NCBI GenBank assembly: GCA_031441465.1
Contig: JANOEP010000058.1
Location: 1-46,313 of the forward strand
DNA: 46,313 bases
From: a bacterium
GTDB taxonomy: Bacteria > Krumholzibacteriota > Krumholzibacteriia > LZORAL124-64-63
Direction of reading: 5' to 3'
Each line of letters opens with the position of its first letter. The first letter of the stretch is position 1. The notes beneath the pieces are model-generated. The model ran no database searches. It was not told the DNA's origin and saw only the letters and a program-made list of their open reading frames with translations. The position numbers and the translations under genes were made by a program. Shown one piece after another: positions 18,080-28,866 of the stretch.

Positions 18080-18901
18080 TCATCGCTCCAGTCCCTTCCA
18101 CGGTTCCCCGGGCAGCCTCGAGATCAGGATTCGTTGGACCAGTTCGAGAGCCCGGGGTGGGTCGTACGTGATCCCTGAGGCGAGAAGCGGCGGGACGTCG
18201 CGCAAGAACGCGTCGTCTGCCATCTTCTCGGCGAGGTTCGCTTCGAACTGGGTCCGGGTGACCCGTAGTCCGTCGTGCTCCATGTAGCGCAGGAAGCAAT
18301 CGACGACGGCCTGGGTGTCGAGACGCGAAAGGCTGGATATGGCTGCGGAGAGGTCGAAGAGGTCCCGTCCCCTCTTCCGCTGGTAGAGCGCTCGCACCTT
18401 GGTGCCGAGGAGTTCCTCGAGGCCGTAGGTGAGGAGATCGGCCTCGCCGTCGAACCAAGGACTATCGACCGAGAATCGCTCACGGCGCAGCCCGAGGACG
18501 GAAAAATGCTCCCGGGTGTTGATCTCCACCTTGAGCTTCAGCGGAGTGACCGGCTTCGCTTCCGAGTCGAAGCGGTACACGAAGGTCGCGCGCCCTTGGC
18601 TCTGCTTCCAGCGCGGCTCCCCAAGCCATGGGTCCAGGCGCGTTCGCATGGCCTGCAGCACCGGTCCGATGGGACCGGGGTTGACCTGCACCATGTCGAT
18701 GTCCTCGGAATAACGGGCCGGCGGGTCGAAGTGGAGCTTGTGCAGCGCCGTGCCGCCGCGAAAGGCGAGTTCCCGAACCAAGAGGTCGTCGCGGTAGAGT
18801 TCGACGAGCGCCCGGCTGATGACGAGATCCTGCTCGACCTGCGCGTCGGTGGCCCAGGGGGCGGCGCTGCGCCACGCGGTGATGTGGGCGCGCGGGATCA
18901 T
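18080..18901 (-). CDS. abiEii: AbiEii/AbiGii-family nucleotidyltransferase toxin (type IV TA)
   Basis: QVEQDL, FRGGTALHK, RYSEDID, K.RALYQR.RGRDLFDL motifs; ATGA overlap with the upstream antitoxin. Confidence 0.9.
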   Translation of the reverse strand: MIPRAHITAWRSAAPWATDAQVEQDLVISRALVELYRDDLLVRELAFRGGTALHKLHFDPPARYSEDIDMVQVNPGPIGPVLQAMRTRLDPWLGEPRWKQSQGRATFVYRFDSEAKPVTPLKLKVEINTREHFSVLGLRRERFSVDSPWFDGEADLLTYGLEELLGTKVRALYQRKRGRDLFDLSAAISSLSRLDTQAVVDCFLRYMEHDGLRVTRTQFEANLAEKMADDAFLRDVPPLLASGITYDPPRALELVQRILISRLPGEPWKGLER

Positions 18902-19710
18902 GGCTCGACCTCGATCTTCTCGTTGATCAGCAGGCGCCAGCGGCTGTCCTTCGACGCCGCGTCGGACGGCCGGTCAGGCCGCAGGGCCACGTAGCGATGC
19001 CCGCGATCAGCGATCCATTCGGCCAACTCTGAGCTCACTTCTCCGGCTCCCACCAGATCCAGCAGAAAGCCCAGGCGTTGGACGTTCGGCAGGCTGCCGT
19101 CGAGTTTGGCCGCCTCCACGGTCTTCACGGGATCCATTTTTTCGGCGAGCTCGGCCAGCACCGAGACCACGTGACCGATATGGCCCGCGGCTACCCGGTA
19201 GCGCAGCAGGTCCAGAGCGGTCGCCTCCGGGGTCGAGACGCGCATCAGGCCGGTCTCGGTCTTCACGTCCAGGACCGGAGTGGACTCCATGCCACGCTTC
19301 TTGAAGAACCGGATCCGCCCGCGGCCGGCCTCCACCGATCTGAGCTGTCCGTCGGTGATGACCTGGAACTCCTGTGGCTGTTGGTGGGCGGCCCCATGCA
19401 GCGATGCGGCGCTCAGCAGCCCGACGTAGTAGGGGCGGTCGGAGAAGGCCATCAGGTCGCGGATGTACCAGTCCGGGGGTGGGGCCCCAGCGTGCCGGTA
19501 TTCGATGGGTACGATGACGTAGAAACCGCGGCGGGGAACGGCCAAGCGGTTCTTGGCGACCAGTCGTTGGACCGCTTTGGTCAGGGCCGTATCGGTGATT
19601 CCGAGCGACGCGATCGCCTCGTCGCGGGTCAAGGTGTAGCGGCCGCCAGCCTGGAGCTCGTCGACCAGCTTGGCCAGGCTTTCGGGATCTTGATGCTGTT
19701 TCGTATGCAA
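18898..19710 (-). CDS. abiEi: AbiEi-family antitoxin / transcriptional regulator (type IV TA)
   Basis: N-terminal wHTH-like region with RGFYVIVP.EY, YYVGLLSAA..HGAAHQQPQ, VSTPEATALDL; TTG start at 19710 with GGAGGT RBS. Confidence 0.88.
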   Translation of the reverse strand: MHTKQHQDPESLAKLVDELQAGGRYTLTRDEAIASLGITDTALTKAVQRLVAKNRLAVPRRGFYVIVPIEYRHAGAPPPDWYIRDLMAFSDRPYYVGLLSAASLHGAAHQQPQEFQVITDGQLRSVEAGRGRIRFFKKRGMESTPVLDVKTETGLMRVSTPEATALDLLRYRVAAGHIGHVVSVLAELAEKMDPVKTVEAAKLDGSLPNVQRLGFLLDLVGAGEVSSELAEWIADRGHRYVALRPDRPSDAASKDSRWRLLINEKIEVEP

Positions 19711-19756
19711 GACTGGACCTCCTGCAGCCAGTTCTGCGTACGGGCTGCTCCCGATG

Positions 19757-19784
19757 AGGATAGCTGGGGTGACGAGAATTGCAA
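19757..19784 (-). promoter_or_regulatory. Putative abiE promoter (TTGCAA-16-TATCCT)
   Basis: Hexamers on the minus strand at 19784-19779 and 19762-19757; imperfect inverted repeat immediately upstream. Confidence 0.4.
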
Positions 19785-20064
19785 GAAGATATGCACAAGT
19801 GGACGATAAATGTCTCCATGTGCTTATAAAGTGCGGATGGCGAGGCATCGGTACTCAGGCTGGGAGTTCGCCAAAGGGGGCCTGCTCCACCTCCGCCAGG
19901 ATCTGCGAGCTATCCGGCGATGCGAAGATTGGAAGGTCATTCATGCCGAACTATTGGACCTCGCAAGGCCCTATGCCATTATGCTGAAGGATATGGGCGG
20001 GGGTTGACGTGACTATTTGTAGCCACCTGACTGCCTCCCAGGATTGAACAAAGGTCAGGATCTC

Positions 20065-22014
20065 ATGCCGAAAAGACCCCTTTATCTCTCCAAGGGCCGT
20101 TTCAAGCTCGGAAGCGAATGTCCCCGCAAGCTCTACTACGAACATCACAAGAGGGAGTACGCCAACCAGAAGAAGGAGGACCCCTTCTTGATGGCGTTGG
20201 CCGAAGGGGGCCATCAAGTGGGGACGCTGGCCCAGCACTACTACACCGGGGGCGTAGAGGTCGAGTCCCTGGGCTACGACGAGTCCGTGGAGCAGACCAA
20301 CGAGTTACTTGAGAGGGCAAACGTCACTATCTACGAGGCCGCGATCCGGCACGAGAACTACTTCATCCGGGTCGACGTGCTGGTCAAGGAGGGCGATCAC
20401 GTCCGACTGATCGAGGTGAAAGCCAAGTCGTATGGGGGCGAGGACGCATGGTTGACCAAGAAGGGATTTGCAACGTCCGAAGCCTGGCCCTATCTCGACG
20501 ACATCGCGTTCCAGACCTGGGTGGTCGAACAGGCCCGGCCACATTGGCAAGTTGATCCGTTCCTAATGATGGTCGACAAACGTGCCGTGACGACCGTAAA
20601 CGGCCTGCACCAGCTGTTTCGCATCAAGCGCACAGACGACGGCCGTGTGGACGTAGTGATCACCGAACCGGTGGACGCCGACCGCCTGGGGCGGGAGATT
20701 CTCGCCGCCATTCCCGTGCGGCAATACGTAGACCGGATCGTTGCTGGAACCATGCGTGACCCGGACAAAACTCCCGATTGGCAGCTTGCGACGCTCTCTG
20801 ACCGTGCCCAGATGTTCGAGCGCCTGTATCGCACCGGTGAACGCATGGCGCCTCCGGTGGGTACGATTTGCAAGAAGTGCGAGTACCGTAATGATGCCGA
20901 ATCCGAGGCCGCAGACCTGAAGAGCGGTTTCGACGAGTGCTGGCGGGAACACTGGGGTGAGGAATATGGGACTGGCGTGCCCCTTGTCACCGACTTGTGG
21001 AATTTCAGGGGTGCAGAGAAATTTCTGAACAATGGCATCTGGCGGATGGCCGACGTACCCGCGGGGGACTTGAAGCCAGTACAAGCCATTCAGCACCGAG
21101 TCACCTTGAGCCCTGCCGAATCCGAGTGGGTTTCTCCCCTCTTGAGGGATGAACTGGATAGTTGGCGCTACCCCCTGCACTTCCTGGATTTCGAGACCAT
21201 CGCCCCAGCCATACCCCTCCACAGGCAAATGCATCCTTATGAGAGCCTGGGCTTCCAATTCAGTTGCCACCATGTGGACCGGGACGGAACCACCACCCAC
21301 GACCAATTCATCGCGGAGGACCAGGGGAGGTATCCCTGCTATGCGTTCTTGACCGCCCTAAAAGCGATTCTGGACAAGGACGATGGGACTATTCTGCGCT
21401 ATTCGCCCCACGAGAACACCATATTGCGGCATCTGCGACGCAACCTCGTCTCGGGTCGGCCACCGTTGCCCGATGGGTTCGACACGGCAGCGATGATTGC
21501 CTTCATCGACGAAATCAGTCAGGCCACCAGTAGCGAGCCGGCCCATAGGGGCGCCCGCAGCATGGTGGACATATACCCCCTGGTCCAAACTCACTACTAT
21601 CACCGGCGCATGGGGAGCAAGAAGTCTATCAAGGCCGTGCTGGACGCCATGATGTCGACCTGCGAAACCCTCAAGGAACGCTACAGCCGACCGCTGGAGT
21701 TTGGAACCAATCTGAAAGGGATGGTGATGCACCAGGTGGACCCGGCCACCAGTGAAACCCGTGACCCTTACGAATTGCTGCCGCCGGTGTTCGCAGGCCT
21801 GAATCTGGATGATCTCCAATGCATGGAGTTCTTCACCGAACACGAAGACCTGCGGGATGGCGGAGCAGCCATGATGGCCTATGCCAGGATGCAGTTTACG
21901 GAGATGGGCGAATTGGAACGGAAGCAGGCCGTTGATGCTCTGTTGCGGTACTGCGAGTTGGACACCCTGGCGATGGTGATGGTATGGCAAGGGTGGAGCT
22001 CGAATGCCGAATGA
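20065..22014 (+). CDS. DUF2779-type protein: PD-(D/E)xK (RecB/Cas4-like) nuclease fused to an RNase H-like/DEDD exonuclease domain
   Basis: LSK..F..G.ECPRKLY, RVDVL...IEVK, D.AFQ, CKKC, then FLDFET ... SIK.V ... YCELDT; lower GC than flanking core genes. Confidence 0.8.
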   Translation: MPKRPLYLSKGRFKLGSECPRKLYYEHHKREYANQKKEDPFLMALAEGGHQVGTLAQHYYTGGVEVESLGYDESVEQTNELLERANVTIYEAAIRHENYFIRVDVLVKEGDHVRLIEVKAKSYGGEDAWLTKKGFATSEAWPYLDDIAFQTWVVEQARPHWQVDPFLMMVDKRAVTTVNGLHQLFRIKRTDDGRVDVVITEPVDADRLGREILAAIPVRQYVDRIVAGTMRDPDKTPDWQLATLSDRAQMFERLYRTGERMAPPVGTICKKCEYRNDAESEAADLKSGFDECWREHWGEEYGTGVPLVTDLWNFRGAEKFLNNGIWRMADVPAGDLKPVQAIQHRVTLSPAESEWVSPLLRDELDSWRYPLHFLDFETIAPAIPLHRQMHPYESLGFQFSCHHVDRDGTTTHDQFIAEDQGRYPCYAFLTALKAILDKDDGTILRYSPHENTILRHLRRNLVSGRPPLPDGFDTAAMIAFIDEISQATSSEPAHRGARSMVDIYPLVQTHYYHRRMGSKKSIKAVLDAMMSTCETLKERYSRPLEFGTNLKGMVMHQVDPATSETRDPYELLPPVFAGLNLDDLQCMEFFTEHEDLRDGGAAMMAYARMQFTEMGELERKQAVDALLRYCELDTLAMVMVWQGWSSNAE

Positions 22015-23594
22015 TCGTTCCCCTGGCTATGAGACGAGGCTCTTGTTGCGTATCGAAGGGCCGGATACGCCGGGCTTTCTGTTCCGCGAGTAGTAGACCT
22101 GGAACAGGTGGTAACTTGTTCGAGGGCCCTCCCACGCGTCGAGTGCCGAGGTTGCCGGCACCCGCGGCTGATAGCGCCAGAAGTTCCTACAGCATCACCG
22201 GCTCCAGCGCCGACAAGTTCCTGCGCTTCTGCAAGCAGGAGGCCGCCCGGGACGAGTCCGCCACGCTTTCGAAGGCGGTCATCCGCGGGCTGGTCTCCCT
22301 GGCCGACCAGGGCTGGTGGCCGGGGGGCATGGCGCCCTACACCTACGGCTACGACCTCGGCTACTTCGACCAGACGGGCACGCTCTTCCAGATCGTTCGC
22401 AACACCGACGAGGGCGACAAGCTGATCCCCGACCCAGAGGGCAACCCCGTGCGCACCGTGCGCCGCGGGCAGAAGGTGAAGGGCTCCGATCGGGAGCACG
22501 TACGGCTCTTGCCCACCCAGCACGCCCGAGAGCGTCGACGTGATCCGACGCATCTTCGGCTGGTACACGGGCGGCGCCGGCCTCGGCTTCAAATCCATCG
22601 CCGACCGCCTGAACCGCGAGGGCGTCGTCTACCCGAAGGCCAAGGGCTGGGCGATGTCGTCGATCCGGGTGATCATCATGAACCCCGCCTACATCGGCCA
22701 GGTGGTCTGGAACCGGCGGCGCATGGGCAAATTCCACCGCATCGCCGACCGCCGCGAGGTGGAACGGGGCGGCTGCGACAAGCGCCGCCTGAAGTGGAAC
22801 GGCCCCCAGGACTGGCTCGTCTTCGAGAACGCCCACGAGGCCTTGATCGACCGCGACACCTTCGACCGCGCCCAGCGCATCCTCGAGCAGCGCGGCAACC
22901 ACCGCAAGGCGACCGGCTTCCTGACCGGCAAGGCCAAGGTGTCGCCCTACCTGCTGTCCGGTCTGATCAGCGGCGGCGCGTGCGGCGGGTCGATGCACGG
23001 CCGCACTACCTGGAAGAACAAGTGGCGCAAGGACGGTACGCGCATCGGCACGAAGTACTACGTCTGCGCCGCCGCCATCACCAAGGGCAAGACGGTCTGC
23101 CAGCCCATCCAGTTCCTACAGCGGGTGCTCGACGACTTCGTGCTGGATTTCGTGGCGCAGAGGATCGACGCCTTCCCCGACGCGCGGGGGAAGGACGCGC
23201 TGCGCGCCCTAGTCGAACGGCAGCTCGCTCCGGCGACGCCTGACCCGGGACCGGAGAAGAATCGCCTCAGGACGCGCCTGACCGAGCTCACGACGAAAAT
23301 CGACTCGGTGATCGACCTGGCTGCCACCTCCGCCGAGCATCGCGATCATATGAAGGACCGGCTCGGGCGGCTCCTGGGCGAACGTCAGGAGATCGAAGGA
23401 CGCCTCCGCACGCTCGATCAAGCCCCAGCCCGGGGGTCGAACCCGGAGGTTCTCGTTGACGCTATCCTGGCGGGCCTCCCCGACGCCCGCCAACTCTTCG
23501 ACCACGGCACCATGGAAGAACGCAAGCGAGTTATACGCGCCTTCGTGGAGAATCTGACGGTCGATGGGGTGGGCGGAAGCGGCGAGCTGAGAAT

Positions 23595-23625
23595 AAAAAG
23601 AGTCCCCGATGCTCAGGGCATCGGG

Positions 23626-23633
<8 letters not shown>
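23595..23633 (-). terminator. Intrinsic terminator downstream of tRNA-fMet, inside the recombinase coding sequence
   Basis: 16-bp stem AAAGAGTCCCCGATGC / GCATCGGGGACTCTTT; the minus-strand RNA ends in a U run. Confidence 0.8.
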
Positions 23634-23715
<82 letters not shown>

Positions 23716-23756
23716 TCCAGATCTCGGCACCGCCGCCTGCTCGGCAGCGGGCGGCC

Positions 23757-23785
23757 AATATAGGGAGCCGCCCCGGAACTGTCAA
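23757..23785 (-). promoter_or_regulatory. sigma70 promoter of tRNA-fMet (TTGACA-17-TATATT)
   Basis: Near-consensus hexamers followed by a GC-rich discriminator. Confidence 0.8.
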
Positions 23786-23793
23786 GGTGCCTG

Positions 23794-24219
23794 TCACTCG
23801 CCCGCGGCGGGCGCGGGCGGCGGCGCCAGGGCATCCTCGCCGACGATCTCGATGACCTTCTCCTGCGGCCGGCGCATCCGGTACTTCTCGCGGGCGATCC
23901 GCTCTAGGGTCTCGGTGTCCGCCGTGTCCCGCAGGGCGACCAGGCCGGTCTCGATCTCCGCGCGGCGCCGCTGCAGGTCGGCCACTTCCCGCTCGAGGCG
24001 GAGCCGCTCCTGGCGCAGGTCCAGGTACGTCCGCAGGCCGTTGGCGCCGGTCAGCGTGCTGAACAGCAGGACCATGACCCCGGCGCCGCCGAGCCACAGC
24101 AGGGACAGGCGCAGGCGCCGCCGCAGGGGGGAACCCCGCACGGCGGGGGCGCCGCGTGCGAAGGTCGGCGCCGCCCTCGACGACGACGGAGAGGACGGGA
24201 TGCCCGGGATACGCACCAT
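23794..24219 (-). CDS. ftsB: Septum formation initiator FtsB/DivIC family
   Basis: Single TM, G.NG, coiled coil, LERIAREKYRM.RPQE; AAGGAGG RBS; conserved position downstream of eno. Confidence 0.8.
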   Translation of the reverse strand: MVRIPGIPSSPSSSRAAPTFARGAPAVRGSPLRRRLRLSLLWLGGAGVMVLLFSTLTGANGLRTYLDLRQERLRLEREVADLQRRRAEIETGLVALRDTADTETLERIAREKYRMRRPQEKVIEIVGEDALAPPPAPAAGE

Positions 24220-24254
24220 GGTTCCTCCTTGAACCCCATGCCGGCAGGCGTGCC

Positions 24255-25624
<1,370 letters not shown>

Positions 25625-25728
25625 GGGCAGGCCCGGCAAGCCCCGTGCCACCGGCGTCCTGTCCGCCGCCGCCGCCGCGTGGTATCATCATGGGAACCCG
25701 CCGCCACTCCCGCCGCGAAAGGTCCGCC

Positions 25729-27516
25729 ATGAACCGCATCGTCGCCGCCGCACTGCGCCTGCCGGCCCTGTCCCTGATCATGGTCCTGGCCCTGTTGCCG
25801 GCCGGTGTCTGCGCCGGCGGGGATCCGCCGCCGGAACGGGATGTCGACGGTCTCGAGGACCTGCTGCCGCGGCGCGAAACGCTGCGCGAGCGCGAGGTCT
25901 GGCGCGGGCGCGAGGCGCAGATGCCGCAGCGCGGCACGCTCGCCGATCCGCCGCCCCCGGCGCCGGTGCGCAACGTGGCGGAATGGGAGCCCGCCACCGG
26001 CGTGCTGATCCGCTACCCGCTCGGCCTGCCCTACGCGCTGCTGCGCGACCTGGATGACGCGGTGACCCTCCACGTCGTGGTGTCCAGCGGTTACCAGGCG
26101 ACGGCGCAGACCAACCTGACGGCCAACGGCGTGGACATGGGTCGCGTCCAGTTCCTCGTCAGGCCCAACGACTCGATCTGGACGCGGGACTACGGGCCCT
26201 GGTACGTCTTCGACGGCGCGGGGGAATTCGCGATCGTGGACCACGTCTACAACCGGCCCTCGCGGCCGAACGACAACCTGATCCCGATCTACTTCGCCCA
26301 GCAGCAGGGCCTGCCGGTCTACAGCCACGACATGTACCACACCGGCGGCAACTACATGACCGACGGCGCCCACATCGGCAGTTCCACGCGCCTCGTCTAC
26401 GACGAAGCCGCCGCGGCCAACGGCATGAACGAAGCCCAGGTCGACCAACTGATGGCCGACTACTGCGGCCTGCAGCACTACACGGTCGTGGACGACATCG
26501 AGTCCGGCGGCATCCACCACATCGACACCTGGGCCAAGTTCCTGGACGAGGAGACGGTCCTGGTCAAGCGGGTCTGGCCCGCCCACGCCACCTACGCCGC
26601 GCTCGAGCAGCGCGCGACGCTGCTGGCCTCGCTCACGGCCTCCACCGGCCGCAACTACCGCGTCCACCGGGTGACCTGCCAGGACATCGGCGGCGGCAGC
26701 CCGGCGTCCTACACCAACAGCCTCATCCTGAACCGCCGGATCTGCGTGCCGCTGTTCGGGAACGCGGCCGGCGACACGGCCGCCCTGCAGGCCTACCGCG
26801 CGGCCGCTCCCGGCCACGACGTGCGCGGCTACGCCTACGGCGGCTTCCTGAGCGACGACGCGCTGCACTGCCGGGCCATGGGCGTGTTCGACCGCGGCAT
26901 GCTGCGCGTGGAGCACACCCCGCCGCAAGGGGAGGTCGTCGGTCCCGCCGACCTGCTGGCCCTCGTCGAGGCCCACAGCGGTGAAGCGCTGACCGCTGTG
27001 GACCTGGTCTACCGTCCGACCGGCGGCGACTGGACGGTCGTGCCGATGTCCGCTCAGGGCGGCGGCGTGCATGCCGGGCAGATCCCGGCGCCGTCCGCGG
27101 ACACGGACGTCGAGTACTACGTGCAGGCCGCCGACGCGTCGGGCCGCACCGCGTCGTCGCCGCGAACCGCACCGGTCGTCCGTCACGCGCTGCGCCTGCT
27201 GGCGCCGGCAACGGCGGTCGACGGCGGACCGGCCGCGACCGTACAGGTCCCGGCGCCCTGGCCGAACCCCTTCAATCCGGCGGTCAGCTTCCGGTTCGAA
27301 CTGCGCGAGGCGGCGCCGGTCCGCCTGACCGTGGTGGACGCCCGCGGACGCCTGGTCCGTCGATTGCTGGACGGCGGCATGCAGTCTGCGGGCCCGACGG
27401 TACTGGTTTGGGACGGCCGCGACGACACCGGCCGGCCCGCTGCCTCCGGCGTCTACACGTTTGTGCTCGAAGCGGCCGGGCTGCACCACCGCCGCCCCGT
27501 CACGCTGGTGCGCTGA
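25729..27516 (+). CDS. Secreted agmatine/peptidylarginine deiminase family protein (PPAD-like) with FlgD-Ig CTD
   Basis: Signal peptide; AEWEP, WTRDYGP, GGNYMTDG, HIDTWAK, YTNSLILN, DALHC; PNPFNP...WDG CTD. Confidence 0.88.
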   Translation: MNRIVAAALRLPALSLIMVLALLPAGVCAGGDPPPERDVDGLEDLLPRRETLREREVWRGREAQMPQRGTLADPPPPAPVRNVAEWEPATGVLIRYPLGLPYALLRDLDDAVTLHVVVSSGYQATAQTNLTANGVDMGRVQFLVRPNDSIWTRDYGPWYVFDGAGEFAIVDHVYNRPSRPNDNLIPIYFAQQQGLPVYSHDMYHTGGNYMTDGAHIGSSTRLVYDEAAAANGMNEAQVDQLMADYCGLQHYTVVDDIESGGIHHIDTWAKFLDEETVLVKRVWPAHATYAALEQRATLLASLTASTGRNYRVHRVTCQDIGGGSPASYTNSLILNRRICVPLFGNAAGDTAALQAYRAAAPGHDVRGYAYGGFLSDDALHCRAMGVFDRGMLRVEHTPPQGEVVGPADLLALVEAHSGEALTAVDLVYRPTGGDWTVVPMSAQGGGVHAGQIPAPSADTDVEYYVQAADASGRTASSPRTAPVVRHALRLLAPATAVDGGPAATVQVPAPWPNPFNPAVSFRFELREAAPVRLTVVDARGRLVRRLLDGGMQSAGPTVLVWDGRDDTGRPAASGVYTFVLEAAGLHHRRPVTLVR

Positions 27517-27601
27517 CCCGCCGCCGGGGATCTGGTTGACCATCGGGCGGCGCGCCCCCTATCTTCGCCGCGTTGTCGGCTTGGACGGGGAGTGCCGCGG
27601 G

Positions 27602-28183
27602 ATGTTCGACCGTAACGAGGACCTGAAGCTGGTCCGCCGCTGCAAGCGCGGCGACGAAGCGGCGTTCGCCGAGCTGCTCGGACGTTACCGTAATGCCATC
27701 TACGGGCTGTGCTTCCGGATGACGCGCCGCGCCGAAGACGCCCGGGACCTCGCCCAGGAGGTCTTCATCAAGGTCTTCTCGCTGCTCGATCGTTTCGACG
27801 AGACCTACGCCTTCTCGAGCTGGATTTTCCGGATCGCCACCAACCACTGCATCGACCACCTGCGCCGCAACCGGATGCGGTTCCTGTCGTTGGATGGTTT
27901 CACGGGTCCGGACGGCGAGCCCATGGAGATGCCGCTGCCCGACGGCGGGCCCGGCCCCGACCGGCTGCTGGAACGCAGCGAGGCGATGGAACGGCTGGAG
28001 GAGGTCGTCGCGGACCTGCCTCCGCATTACAAGGTCATCATCCTGTTGCGGCACGACCAGGACCTGTCCTACGAGGACATCGCGGTGGTTCTGGACCTGC
28101 CCCTCGGCACGGTCAAGGCCCGGATCCATCGGGCCCGGGCCATGATCCAGCAGATGCTGCAGGCGCGGTCCTATGATATATGA
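27602..28183 (+). CDS. ECF sigma factor (SigW/RpoE-like)
   Basis: DARDLAQEVFIK, FSSWIFRIATN, LSYEDIA..L.LP.GTVKARIHRAR; candidate promoter TTGACC-18-TATCTT at 27536-27565. Confidence 0.93.
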   Translation: MFDRNEDLKLVRRCKRGDEAAFAELLGRYRNAIYGLCFRMTRRAEDARDLAQEVFIKVFSLLDRFDETYAFSSWIFRIATNHCIDHLRRNRMRFLSLDGFTGPDGEPMEMPLPDGGPGPDRLLERSEAMERLEEVVADLPPHYKVIILLRHDQDLSYEDIAVVLDLPLGTVKARIHRARAMIQQMLQARSYDI

Positions 28184-28344
28184 CCCGGGTGGAAAAGGTC
28201 CCGAAACCGTGAAACCCGAAGCCAGGGATGCCGTACGACTGCTCATGGACATAAAAGCAAGCCACCGGCGACACACCGGGGCTGCGAACCGAAGGACGGT
28301 CAGCCCGGAGCCGCACAGCGGGTAGGAGACCCTGGAGGACGATC

Positions 28345-28866
28345 ATGAAGACTGGAATGCAACCACCCGCGCCGCCGGATTGCCGGCAGACGCGAGACAA
28401 GATGCAGGACTACCTCGACCAGACCCTCCCGAAACGGGAGTCCTTGGCCGTGTTTTTGCACTTGCGCGAATGCGAGGGGTGCCATCAGCATCTCGCCGCG
28501 CTCCAGGCGCTCTACGAACGGTTGGACAACCTGCCGCCGATCGAAGCGCCCGCCGATTTCGACGCGCGGATCCTGGCCGCGGTACCTTACGAGACCTACC
28601 GGGCCATGGCGCCGTTGCGCAGCCCGCGGGTGCCCGTCCTGCTGGAGCACGAGAGCCTGCCGGCCTGGGTGAGGTCACGATCCGTGCGGCTCGTCGGTCT
28701 GATCGCGGCGGCCGCCGCCCTGGCTGCCGCCACGACGGGCGACGTCGCGGGGACCGCCACCTGGACGGTCGCCGGCCTCGGCTGCTTGCCGGAATTGTCG
28801 GTCCGCCTGCAGAATCTGTCCCGGAGGATCTATGTCGCGACGGTGCACAGGTCGATCTCGCGCTGA
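28345..28866 (+). CDS. Zinc-binding anti-sigma factor (zf-HC2)
   Basis: C...HLRECEGC (HxxxCxxC) plus C-terminal TM; follows the ECF sigma. Confidence 0.85.
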   Translation: MKTGMQPPAPPDCRQTRDKMQDYLDQTLPKRESLAVFLHLRECEGCHQHLAALQALYERLDNLPPIEAPADFDARILAAVPYETYRAMAPLRSPRVPVLLEHESLPAWVRSRSVRLVGLIAAAAALAAATTGDVAGTATWTVAGLGCLPELSVRLQNLSRRIYVATVHRSISR

